From: Octopus sinensis
Lineage: Eukaryota
Direction: 5' to 3'
Length of the DNA stretch: 17,026 nt
Assembly: GCF_006345805.1 (NCBI RefSeq)
Contig: NW_021825013.1
Location: forward strand, 1 to 17,026
The notes beneath the pieces are model-generated. The model did not search any database. It saw nothing but the letters and a program-made list of their open reading frames with translations, and had not been told where the DNA came from. The position numbers and the translations under genes were made by a program. The number at the start of each line of letters is the position of its first letter. Position 1 is the stretch's first letter. Positions 1 to 8,220 of the stretch are shown here, one piece after another.

Positions 1-720
1 TCCACCCCCCTCCAAGTACGCCCCCCCATCTCCGCCGCTCTGCCGTCCTAGCCTAAGCGTTTGCAAGGTGCAGTAGTGCTGCAGTATGGTCTTTGCATGC
101 GGTGGGTCCTGGTGCCCTCATGTTCGTGGTGGCGGCGCGGCAGTGCTGCAACAGAACCGCGCGTGGGCCGCAGTCGCGGAATGAACGATTCCATCAAGAA
201 ACTGGTGTTGTGGTTGGTGGTGTTTGGTTGTTGTGTTGTGGTGGTGTAGTGGTGGTAGTAGTGGTGGTAGTTGGTGGTGGTGGTGGTAGTGGTGGCGGTG
301 CTGGTTGTGGTGGTGGTGGTGGTAGTGGTGGTGGTGGTGTAGTGTGCGGTGCTGGTAGTGGTGGTGGTAGTGTGGTGGTGGTGGTGGTAGTGGTGGCGGT
401 GCTGGTTGTGGTGGTTGGGTCCTTGGTCCGCTCGTAAATTACATGCTCCCCCGCCTGCTCCTCCTTCACCTCCCCCTCCACTGCCCCCTCACGCCACTCC
501 CACCCTTCCCTAAAGTCCTTAAGGAATTTTGACTTCCATCTGTTAAGTTATGGATTCTCGGCTTTTATATCCCCCTTATTTATTCGCCGGGGAGGGGGTT
601 GAAGGGGGGGCATAGGGTGCGAGAGATGGGTTTGGTCGGGTTGGTTGTTCTAAGCATGGAAGGGTTAGATGTTTGGGGTCAGGGTGACTCTGACGGCAGT
701 GGTTTCTCCATGATTTGGCT
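1..720. other. GC/CpG-rich non-repetitive block (with an embedded GGT tract); possible regulatory region
   Basis: About 17 CpG counted in the first 190 nt, against an AT/microsatellite background. C-rich run at 445-510 and G-runs at 589-617. No recognisable protein in any frame. Confidence 0.4.
226..420. repeat. Degenerate (GGT/GTA)n trinucleotide tract
   Basis: gtggtggtagtggtggt... repeated; source of the poly-G/V/T/P ORFs. Confidence 0.9.
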
Positions 721-793
721 TCACTTCTTCTCGGGCTTTAGGGGGCTGTAGGGCTGTTTTTTTTATGTTGTTTTTTATTTCTAGCCCTTCACA

Positions 794-1615
794 TATGTGT
801 GTGTGTGTGGTGTGAGTGTGTGTGTATGTGAGCATGTGGTGTGTGTGTGTGTCATACATGTGTATATGTGTGTGTGTGTGTGTGTGAGTGTGTGTGATGG
901 TGAGCATGTGTGCGTGTGTGTGCATGCATGTGTATATGTGTGTTTGTGTGGCGTGGTGCGTGGTGTGTGGTGTGTGTGTGCATACATGTTTATATGTGTG
1001 TGTGCATGTATGTCTGTGTTTATGTGTGTGGTTTTGTGTGCATGTATGTGTGTGCACGTGTGTGTGGTGTGCATGCATGTGTGAGTGTGTGTGTATGTGA
1101 GCATGCGTGCGTGTGTGTGCATGCATGTGTATATGTGTGTGTGTGTGTGTTTGTGCGGGGTGCGTGCGTGTGTGTGTGTTGCATGCATGTTTTATATGTG
1201 TGTGTGCATGCATGCATGTATGTGTGTGTTTGTGTGCATGTATGTGTGTGCACGTGTGTGTGGGTGCATGTCTGTGTGTGTTTGTGTGTGCATGCATATG
1301 TATGTGTTTGTGTGTGCATGCATGTGTGTTTGTGTGCATGCATGTGTGTGCAAGGATGTGTGTGTGTGTGTTTATGCGTGCATGTGTGTGTGTGTGCATG
1401 CAAGTGTTTGAGTGTGTGTGTTTCCGTCTGTATGTGTGTGTGTTTTTGTGAGCATGCATGTGTGTGTGTAAGCATGGGTGTGCATGTGTGTGTGTGTTTT
1501 TTCAGTGCACAGATGCTTTTCCTTGTGTGTGTGTTTCCATGTGTATGTGTGTGTGTTTCCATATGTGTGTGTGTGTGTGTGTGTTTTTGTGTGCATGCTC
1601 GTGTGTGTATGTGTG
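794..1615. repeat. Compound (TG)n microsatellite with TGCA interruptions and an internal ~197-bp duplication
   Basis: gagcatg at 902 and 1099; gcacgtg at 1054 and 1250. Confidence 0.9.
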
Positions 1616-1696
1616 TCTATATATTGCTATTTTCGTTATGCATTTTTATGAGTAAATGGGGTCTTTTGTTACCAAGTGCAAGTATTTTCATATAAG

Positions 1697-1740
1697 AGGT
1701 GCCCCAGCATGGCCACAGTCTAAATACCAAGACTTGTAGA
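1697..1740 (+). mobile_element. Isolated SINE 3'-tail fragment
   Basis: gaggtgccccagcatggccacagtc resembles ggcggtgctccagcatggccgcagtc at the 3' end of the SINEs at 3254 and 12174. Confidence 0.5.
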
Positions 1741-1827
1741 AATGTACACACACACACACATATGTATAATATACACATACACATATATTTATGTATATAT
1801 GTAGTGTGTGTATGTGTGTACATATGT

Positions 1828-1951
1828 GGAAGCATGTGGCTAAGTGGTTAGGGTGTTGCATTGCTGATCACAAGATTGAGGTTTCGATTCCTGGACCAAG
1901 CAATAAATTGTGTTCTTCAGCAAAACACTTCATTTCACCTTCTCCAGTTCA
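1828..1951 (+). mobile_element. 3'-truncated tRNA-derived SINE (head plus CORE/V-like central segment)
   Basis: A-box-like TGGCTAAGTGG and B-box-like GTTTCGATTCC, followed by ttgtgttcttcagcaaaacacttcatttcac. Confidence 0.7.
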
Positions 1952-1983
1952 TATAAGTGGCTTCTTGTCTTTTTGGCACTTTT

Positions 1984-1985
<2 letters not shown>

Positions 1986-2017
<32 letters not shown>

Positions 2018-2051
2018 CGTATATATATGTATATATTGTATATTTATATAT
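1986..2051. repeat. (TA)n microsatellite
   Basis: Direct reading. Confidence 0.9.
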
Positions 2052-2054
2052 TGT

Positions 2055-2293
2055 GGAGGCACAATGGCCCAGTGGTTAGAGCAGCGGTCGTAGGATCGAG
2101 GTTTTGATTCCCAGACCAGGCATTGTGAGTGTTTATTGAGCGAAAACACCTAAAGCTCCACGAGGCTCCGGCAGGGGGTGGTGGCGAACCCTTATCAGAC
2201 GGGTAGTCATGTTGGGTATACTGGGCTTCGTATATTTTACCCCAGTGTCACTTTGATGGCATCCACTGCTCTCTCACTCAATTATGATAATAA
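2055..2293 (+). mobile_element. tRNA-derived SINE, probably chimeric or internally deleted near 2192
   Basis: Head ggaggcacaatggcccagtggttagagc (A box) and gttttgattccc (B box). Ends in ctctctcactcaattatgataataa, an (AAT)-type retroposon tail. Confidence 0.7.
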
Positions 2294-2297
2294 ATAT

Positions 2298-2675
2298 AAC
2301 AACAAGAGCACTCAGAGAGTACAAACCTCTGCCAAGGCAACACGCATGTCCTCTCAATGATTAGCCAGAGATTATTTTTAAAATGAGAATATCTGAAATA
2401 AACTCGACTGCTCTCACAAATGAGAATAATAAAAATTAACCTGACTGCTCTCAAAACTTAAGCAAAAAAGAAAAAAAATGGTAAAATAATCCAGAATCCT
2501 TGTCTGGTACCAAAGTGATCCTAAAATGTAATCAGTTTGTGCCAGTGACAAGGCCAAACATCCCTGAAAGTTTCATCTGAATCCATCCAGCGGTTCTTGA
2601 GATATCTTGTCCACGAACATACAAACAAACATGACTGAAAACAATACCCCTGATTTCACTAAGGCAGAGGTAATT
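2298..2675. mobile_element. Non-autonomous Helentron-type element (HINE/DINE-1-like)
   Basis: Subterminal inverted repeat ACCTCTGCC (2325-2333) / GGCAGAGGT (2663-2671). Terminal stem-loop tacccctg (2645-2652) / cagaggta (2665-2672). Internal 37-bp tandem (aaatgagaat at 2381/2418, gactgctctca at 2406/2443), a short (CAAA) tract near 2620 and the typical tttcatctgaatccatccagcggttcttgagatat core. Confidence 0.7.
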
Positions 2676-2886
2676 GGTTACAAATTTTTCCACAAAGGCA
2701 GCAATTTGTGAGGAGAGGATGTCGTGATTACATCGACCCCAGTGTTTCGCTTGTACTTATTTTATTAACCCGAAAAGAATGAAAAGCAAAGTCGACCTCG
2801 GTGGAATTTGAACTCAGAACATATTACTGTTGAAATGCCGCTGAGCATTTCGTCCAGTGTACAAATGATTTTGCCAGCTCATCACC
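2676..2886 (-). mobile_element. Short tRNA-derived SINE, family 2 (octopus OK-like), antisense copy
   Basis: Reverse complement reads ggtgatgagctggcaaaatc...gttctgagttcaaattccaccgaggtcgactttgcttttcattc...ggggtcgatgtaatc (B box gagttcaaattcc). Confidence 0.8.
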
Positions 2887-2912
2887 TTAATAATAATAAT
2901 AATAATAATAAT

Positions 2913-3113
2913 TGGTAAATTCATGAGCACACCAGACAAAATACTTAGTAGTATTTTCTCCAAATTCGTGTCCTGAGTTCAAATTCCACCCAGGTCGATT
3001 TTGCCTTCCATCCTTTCAGGGTCAGTAAAATACATACAATCTGAGCATGTGGGTTGATCTAGCTGACTTAGCCCCTATTCCAAAATTGCTGGCCTTGTGC
3101 CAAAATTTGAAAG
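2913..3113 (+). mobile_element. Short tRNA-derived SINE, family 2, sense copy (more decayed)
   Basis: ctgagttcaaattccacccaggtcgattttgccttccatcctttcagggtc...aaattgctggccttgtgccaaaatttga is collinear with the reverse complement of 2676-2886. Confidence 0.8.
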
Positions 3114-3253
3114 CAGGAGTTAGCATAAGTGACAGAGCGACTCGGGGGCCACAAGTTTTGTCCATTTCGAAGTTTGGTGAGTTCCTGGGCACGAAACCCT
3201 CAGCCCTTGATTTCCTCTGAAACTTCTACCGATTATTAACAATAAAATATATA

Positions 3254-3652
3254 GGTGCAGGAGTGGCTGTGTGGTAAGTAGCTTGCTAACCAACCACATG
3301 GTTCCAGGTTCAGTCCACTGCGTGGCATCTTGGGCAAGTGTCTTCTTCTGCTATAGCCCTGGGCCGACCAATGCCTTGTGAGTGGATTTGGTAGACGGAA
3401 ACTGAAAGAAGCTGTCATATATATATGTATATAATATATATATGTGTGGTGTGTGGTTGTTTTCCCCCTAGCATTACTTGACAACCGTGCTGGTGTGTTT
3501 ATGTCCCTGTAACTTAGCAGTTCGGCAAAAGAGACCAATAGATTAAGTACTAGGCTTACAAAAATAAGTCCCGGGGTCGATTTGCTCGACTAAAGGCGGT
3601 GCTCCAGCATGGCCGCAGTCAAATGACTGAAACTAGTAAAAGAGTAAAAGAG
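3254..3652 (+). mobile_element. Full-length ~400-bp tRNA-derived SINE, family 1 (CORE-like segment, internal TA/TG tract, agtaaaag tail)
   Basis: ggtgcaggagtggctgtgtggtaag (A box), ggttccaggttcagtcc (B box), cttgggcaagtgtctt, ending gactgaaactagtaaaagagtaaaagag. Collinear with three other long copies in the window. Confidence 0.9.
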
Positions 3653-3859
3653 TCTATCTGTCTGTGCGTATTTGCGTATGTTTGTAAGGTGTATATTCGC
3701 ATGTATGTATGTATGTGTGCGGCAATTATATATACGCTCGTGAATGTGTGTGTGTCTGTGTGTTATGTTATGTAGGGGCGTATGTGGGAATGAAATTGTA
3801 AAACTAAATGTTTCGCGAAAGCAATAGCTGTGCAGGGTGGTTGTTTACATTTTATCAAT

Positions 3860-4095
3860 TTTCCTGTGTTTATTTAAAACATCAAATCTAAATAAATATA
3901 AGCAAGCAAATAAAAAAATAATAAAAAAAACTAATAAGAAAAAGTTTAAAAAAGAGAAAATGCAAAAAAATAAAAAAGAACCCAAAAATGCTGATTGAAA
4001 TTTTATGTTATCAAAATTAAGTAAATAAATAAATAAATAATAAATCGCTAAATAAATAAAAAAAAAATGAAAGAAAGGCAGAGAGAAGAGAAAAA
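3860..4095. repeat. A-rich low-complexity tract
   Basis: Runs of A with (AAAT)n. Confidence 0.8.
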
Positions 4096-4135
4096 TGTAT
4101 GGCATGGATAACTATGATATACATTTATTTTTGTG

Positions 4136-4174
4136 TATGTATACACACCCACATATATATACACATATATAGAT

Positions 4175-4211
<37 letters not shown>

Positions 4212-4326
4212 CATATATAGATATACATATATATATTGGGTATATAAATATATATAATATATATATATATATATATGTACTTAAGTGAGTTTCTGTATAC
4301 ATTGCGTATTTGTATGTACATGCATG

Positions 4327-4377
<51 letters not shown>

Positions 4378-4436
4378 TAGATATACATACATATATATAT
4401 ATATACACAGACTCTCATATATATATGTACAAATAA

Positions 4437-4488
<52 letters not shown>

Positions 4489-4530
4489 CATATATATATA
4501 ATTTGTTTATGTGAGAGAGAGAGAGAGAAG
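4136..4530. repeat. (TA)n/(CA)n/(GA)n compound microsatellite
   Basis: Direct reading. Confidence 0.9.
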
Positions 4531-4569
4531 GAAATATGTTTTATTACTTTGCACAAGTGAGGCATGTAC

Positions 4570-4665
4570 AGTGATGATGGTAACGTTGGTGAGGATGTTG
4601 GCGACAGTTGCGGTGATGGTGGCAGTGGTGGCGATGGTGGCGGTGGTGGTGGTGGTGGTGGGCAT
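4570..4665. repeat. Degenerate (GGT/GAT)n tract
   Basis: Direct reading. Confidence 0.75.
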
Positions 4666-5179
4666 GTTGGGAATTGAGGAAAATGCAAAAAAGAAAAAAA
4701 AGAATAAAAAATAATAATAATCATTTCGGCGAGGGCGTTTATTTAAATTTAAAGTGTTTCGATGAAGGTATTTGATTAACCTTTTCGAAGAATTTCGGTT
4801 GTAAAACAACACCAAAAAAAAAAAAAGTTTTATAATAAAAAAAATTTAAAAAAAAACAAAAAAAAAAAAACCTTCCCTCAATATCTAAACTTTAATCTAT
4901 GAAAACACCCCTCACCCTTCTTTCCCTCCCTCTCTCTCTCTCTCTCTCCTCAATCTCTTCACCTCCTTCTCCTCCTCTCCCCCCCCTCCTCTTTTTGTGT
5001 ACCTTTAGTTTTGTTTTTTTTTTCTCTCTGCTTCTTTCCGTTGTTTTTCGTGGCAATGATGATTGTTGTTGTTGTTGCTGTGGTTGTTGTTTACGTCGTT
5101 GTTCCTCCTTGTTTCCCTTTCTGCCCCCTTTTGCTGCATCACCCATTTCGCTCTGTCCGTTTTGCTTTTCATCGTGTGT

Positions 5180-5221
5180 GCCTTTCTCTACCTATCTATC
5201 TACCTATCTGTTTGTTGTCTA

Positions 5222-5271
<50 letters not shown>

Positions 5272-5548
5272 GCTATCTATCTATCTATCTATCTACCTAT
5301 CTCCCTGTTTGTCTATCTATATATCTATTTATCTATCTATCTAACAATCTATCTCCCCCCCCCCTTTTTTTTTAAATCTTCCCCTTTTTTTGTCCTCTTT
5401 CTTTCCTTTTACGATACCTTTTGATCGAAAACCAACCCCCAAAAGAAAAGCTCTACCTTGTAATTTGTTCTGTCTGTGTGCAGCCCTGTGTGGCTAATAA
5501 AGAAACATATCTCCCTATTTGTCTATCTATATATCTATCTATCTAACA

Positions 5549-5580
<32 letters not shown>

Positions 5581-5756
5581 GTCTATCTATTTGTCTCTCT
5601 GTCTATCTATCTCTCCATCTATCTATCTATTCATATATATATATATATATGCATATATATATATATATCTTTCTCTCTCACTCTCTCTCTTATATATATA
5701 TCTATATGTGTGTGTGTGTGTGCCTTTCTCTACCTATCTATTTGTTTGCCTGTCTG

Positions 5757-5804
<48 letters not shown>

Positions 5805-5950
5805 ACAACTATCTATCTATTTATCTATTTGTCTGTCTGTCTATCTATCTCTCCATCCATATATATATATATATATATAATATAATTTATATCTATATCT
5901 CTCACTCTCTCTCTTTCATATACATATATGTGTGTGTGTGTGTGTGTGTG
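5180..5950. repeat. (ATCT)n-based compound microsatellite with duplicated cassettes
   Basis: gtgtgtgcctttctctacctatcta at about 5175 and 5717; ctccct(g/a)tttgtctatctatatatcta at 5301 and 5511; ctctccatc..(TA)n..ctcactctctctct..(TG)n at 5611 and 5851. Confidence 0.85.
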
Positions 5951-6252
5951 TATAATTATACCATATGTTTCATATTTATTATATCATACCTATATCATAC
6001 CTTGATATTCTGTGGATTAAGATCCCTGCTGTCACACCACTGGTATTTATAGCATGCTAAACACTTTCTGTATACAAATTAGGAACTCCTTCATAGAGCA
6101 ACTGCTGCATTTGTTGAGTATAAAAACAGTTTGGCTGATTGTCTCTCTCTGGAGACTGTCAGAATGATGTGGACCCCTCTGATGAGAACCCAATTAGGTT
6201 CGAACATCAATGAAGGTTGTTCAGGTTGTGGAGAATTTGCTAAAATTTGCCC

Positions 6253-6675
6253 TCTCTTTACTCTCTTTTACTCTTTTACTTGTTTCAGTCATTTGACTGC
6301 GGCCATGCTGGAGCATCGCCTTTAGTCAAGCAAATCGACCCCGGGACTTATTCTTTGTAAGCCCAGTACTTATTCTATCGGTCTCTTTTTGCCGAACCGC
6401 TAAGTGACGGGGACGTAAACACACCAGCATCGGTTGTCAAGCAATGCTAGGGGGACAAACACAGACACACAAACATATACACAACACCTTATACATATAT
6501 ATACATATATACGACGGGCTTCTTTCAGTTTCCGTCTACCAAATCCACTCACAAGGCATTGGTCGGCCCGGGGCTATAGCAGAAGACACTTGCCCAAGAT
6601 GCCACGCTGTGGGACTGAACCCGGAACCATGTGGTTGGTTAGCAAGCTACTTTACCACACAGCCACTCCTGCGCC
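6253..6675 (-). mobile_element. Full-length family-1 SINE, antisense, ending about 165 nt upstream of the NFI exon
   Basis: Reverse complement of the 3254-3652 element; ends ...cttttaccacacagccactcctgcgcc. Confidence 0.92.
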
Positions 6676-6725
6676 TGTTTATAATTGTTCTTAACACTGG
6701 CTTTTTTTTTTTACCTTTGTCCTTC

Positions 6726-6788
6726 ATCAACATCATCATCATCATCACCATCATCATCATCACTATCATCATCATCATCATCATCATC
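6726..6788. repeat. (CAT)n microsatellite abutting the NFI polypyrimidine tract
   Basis: catcatcatcatcatcaccatcatcatcatcactatcatcat... Confidence 0.9.
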
Positions 6789-6789
6789 T

Positions 6790-6840
6790 ATTTCTTATCA
6801 TTTTTGTTTCCATTTGTTTTTTTTTTTTTTGTCCTTCCAG
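6790..6840 (+). promoter_or_regulatory. 3' splice site (T-rich polypyrimidine tract + CAG) of the NFI exon
   Basis: tttgtttttttttttttttgtccttccag directly precedes the first conserved NFI codon (AAT GAA AAA CCA). Confidence 0.92.
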
Positions 6841-7216
6841 AATGAAAAACCAGAGATTAAACAGAAGTGGGCTTCAAGGCTATTAGCGAAACTGCGTAAG
6901 GACATAACGCAGGAGTGCCGCGAGGATTTTGTTATGAGTATAACTGGGAAGAGGCCACCAGTTTGCGTTTTGAGCAATCCGGATCAGAAGGGCAAAATGC
7001 GTAGGATAGATTGTCTACGACAAGCCGACAAGGTGTGGCGACTAGACCTTGTCATGGTAATTCTCTTCAAAGCCATACCCTTGGAAAGTACCGACGGCGA
7101 GCGCCTGGAGAAGTCACCCGAGTGTTTGCACCCGTCACTCTGCGTCAACCCACAACACATAAGCGTCTCTGTGAGGGAGTTAGATCTTTACCTGGCGAAT
7201 TTCATACACAGCTATG
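6841..7216 (+). CDS. NFI: Internal coding exon of Nuclear Factor I (CTF/NFI DNA-binding and dimerisation domain, MH1-like fold)
   Basis: Translates [125 protein letters not shown] plus 1 nt. It aligns without gaps to the vertebrate NFI domain as recalled ([20 protein letters not shown]...ELDLYLAYFVHAA). Bounded by poly-pyrimidine...TTCCAG (6840) and G|GTGAGT (7217). The flanks of track ORF 6685-7344 are intronic read-through. Confidence 0.97.
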
Positions 7217-7222
7217 GTGAGT
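7214..7222 (+). promoter_or_regulatory. 5' splice site ATG|GTGAGT of the NFI exon (phase 1)
   Basis: Consensus donor at the point where NFI similarity ends; same codon position and phase as the end of the vertebrate DBD exon. Confidence 0.92.
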
Positions 7223-7254
7223 ATTTCAAAACAGTTTTTATTATGTTTTTGTTG

Positions 7255-7454
7255 CTCTTTTACTTCTTTCAGTCATGTGACTGTGGCCATGCAGGAGCAC
7301 CGCCTTTAGTCGAGCAAATCGACCGCAGAACTTATTCTTTGTAAGCCTAGTACTTATTTTATCGGTCTCTTTTTTTGCCGAACCGTTAAGTTACAGGAAC
7401 GTAAACACACCACCATCGGTTGTCAAGTGATGTTGGGGGGACAAACACAGACAA

Positions 7455-7485
<31 letters not shown>

Positions 7486-7648
7486 CATATATATATACAT
7501 CAGGCTTCTTTCAGTTTCCGTCTACCAAATCCACTCACAAAGCTTTGGTCAGCCCGAGGCTATAATAGAAGACACTTACTCAAGGTGCCACGCAGTGGGA
7601 CTGAACCCAGAACCATGTGGTTCGTAAGCAAGCTACTTACCACACGCC
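7255..7648 (-). mobile_element. Near full-length family-1 SINE, antisense, starting about 38 nt after the NFI donor
   Basis: Collinear with 6253-6675; small deletion in the tRNA head (cttaccacac|gcc). Confidence 0.9.
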
Positions 7649-7817
7649 TGTTTTTTTTTTATTTTTTAAATTAATAAACTCTTGTATGCAGTTGAATAGC
7701 TGTGAAAACAACTGTGAAAAAATCGGGTAAAAAAAACCCTCTATAGATGGTAAAACATGGCTAGCAGCTGCTACTGAGAATTGATCTCTGTTCCTCTCGT
7801 ATTCTAGCTTAGTGTTA

Positions 7818-7902
7818 CTCTCTTTTACTCTTTTACTTGTTTCAGTCATTTGATTGTGGTCATGCTGGAGCACCGCCTTTAGTCAAGCAAATCGACCCTA
7901 GG
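7818..7902 (-). mobile_element. 5'-truncated family-1 SINE (3' ~85 bp only)
   Basis: ctctcttttactcttttacttgtttcagtcatttgattgtggtcatgctggagcaccgcctttagtcaagcaaatcgaccc matches the tail of the other copies. Confidence 0.85.
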
Positions 7903-7939
7903 ATCTGTCTATCTATCTATTTCTTTATATATAAGGCAG

Positions 7940-8212
7940 CACACACACACACTCACACTCACACACACACGTGCGCGCACACACACACACACACACACAC
8001 AACACACACACAACACACACACACACAACTCTCACAACACACACACAACACACACACACAACACACACACGAACACACACACACAACACACACACACACA
8101 CACACAACACACACACACAACACACACACACAACACACACACACAACACACACACACAACATACACAACACACACACACACAACACACACACACACACAT
8201 GCACACAACACA
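7940..8212. repeat. (CA)n/(CAA) compound microsatellite
   Basis: Direct reading. Confidence 0.9.
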
Positions 8213-8220
8213 CAGTAGAC

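Noticed and set aside
665-1695. Long HT/CV-rich ORFs (also 7837-8325, 9233-10302, 15124-15726 and similar)
   Set aside because: Translations of dinucleotide microsatellites; stop-free because of composition.
3254-3330. tRNA genes at SINE heads (also 1828, 2055, 6600-6675, 12174)
   Set aside because: A/B boxes are present but no complete cloverleaf; each continues into a SINE body.
6084-6167. NSFIEQLLHLL resembling the NFI N-terminal PFIEALLPHV, as the missing upstream exon
   Set aside because: Similarity limited to FIE.LL; no WFNLQ or KRKYFKKHEKR, stop at 6165-6167 and no suitable donor.
6434-6694. Recurring ORFs such as RRASFSFRLPNPLTRHWS (also 3236-3538, 7420-7674, 12204-12389)
   Set aside because: Same SINE translated in several copies, not a gene family.
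6685-6840. Ser-rich N-terminal extension of NFI in the ORF track
   Set aside because: It is the (CAT)n tract and polypyrimidine tract of the intron.
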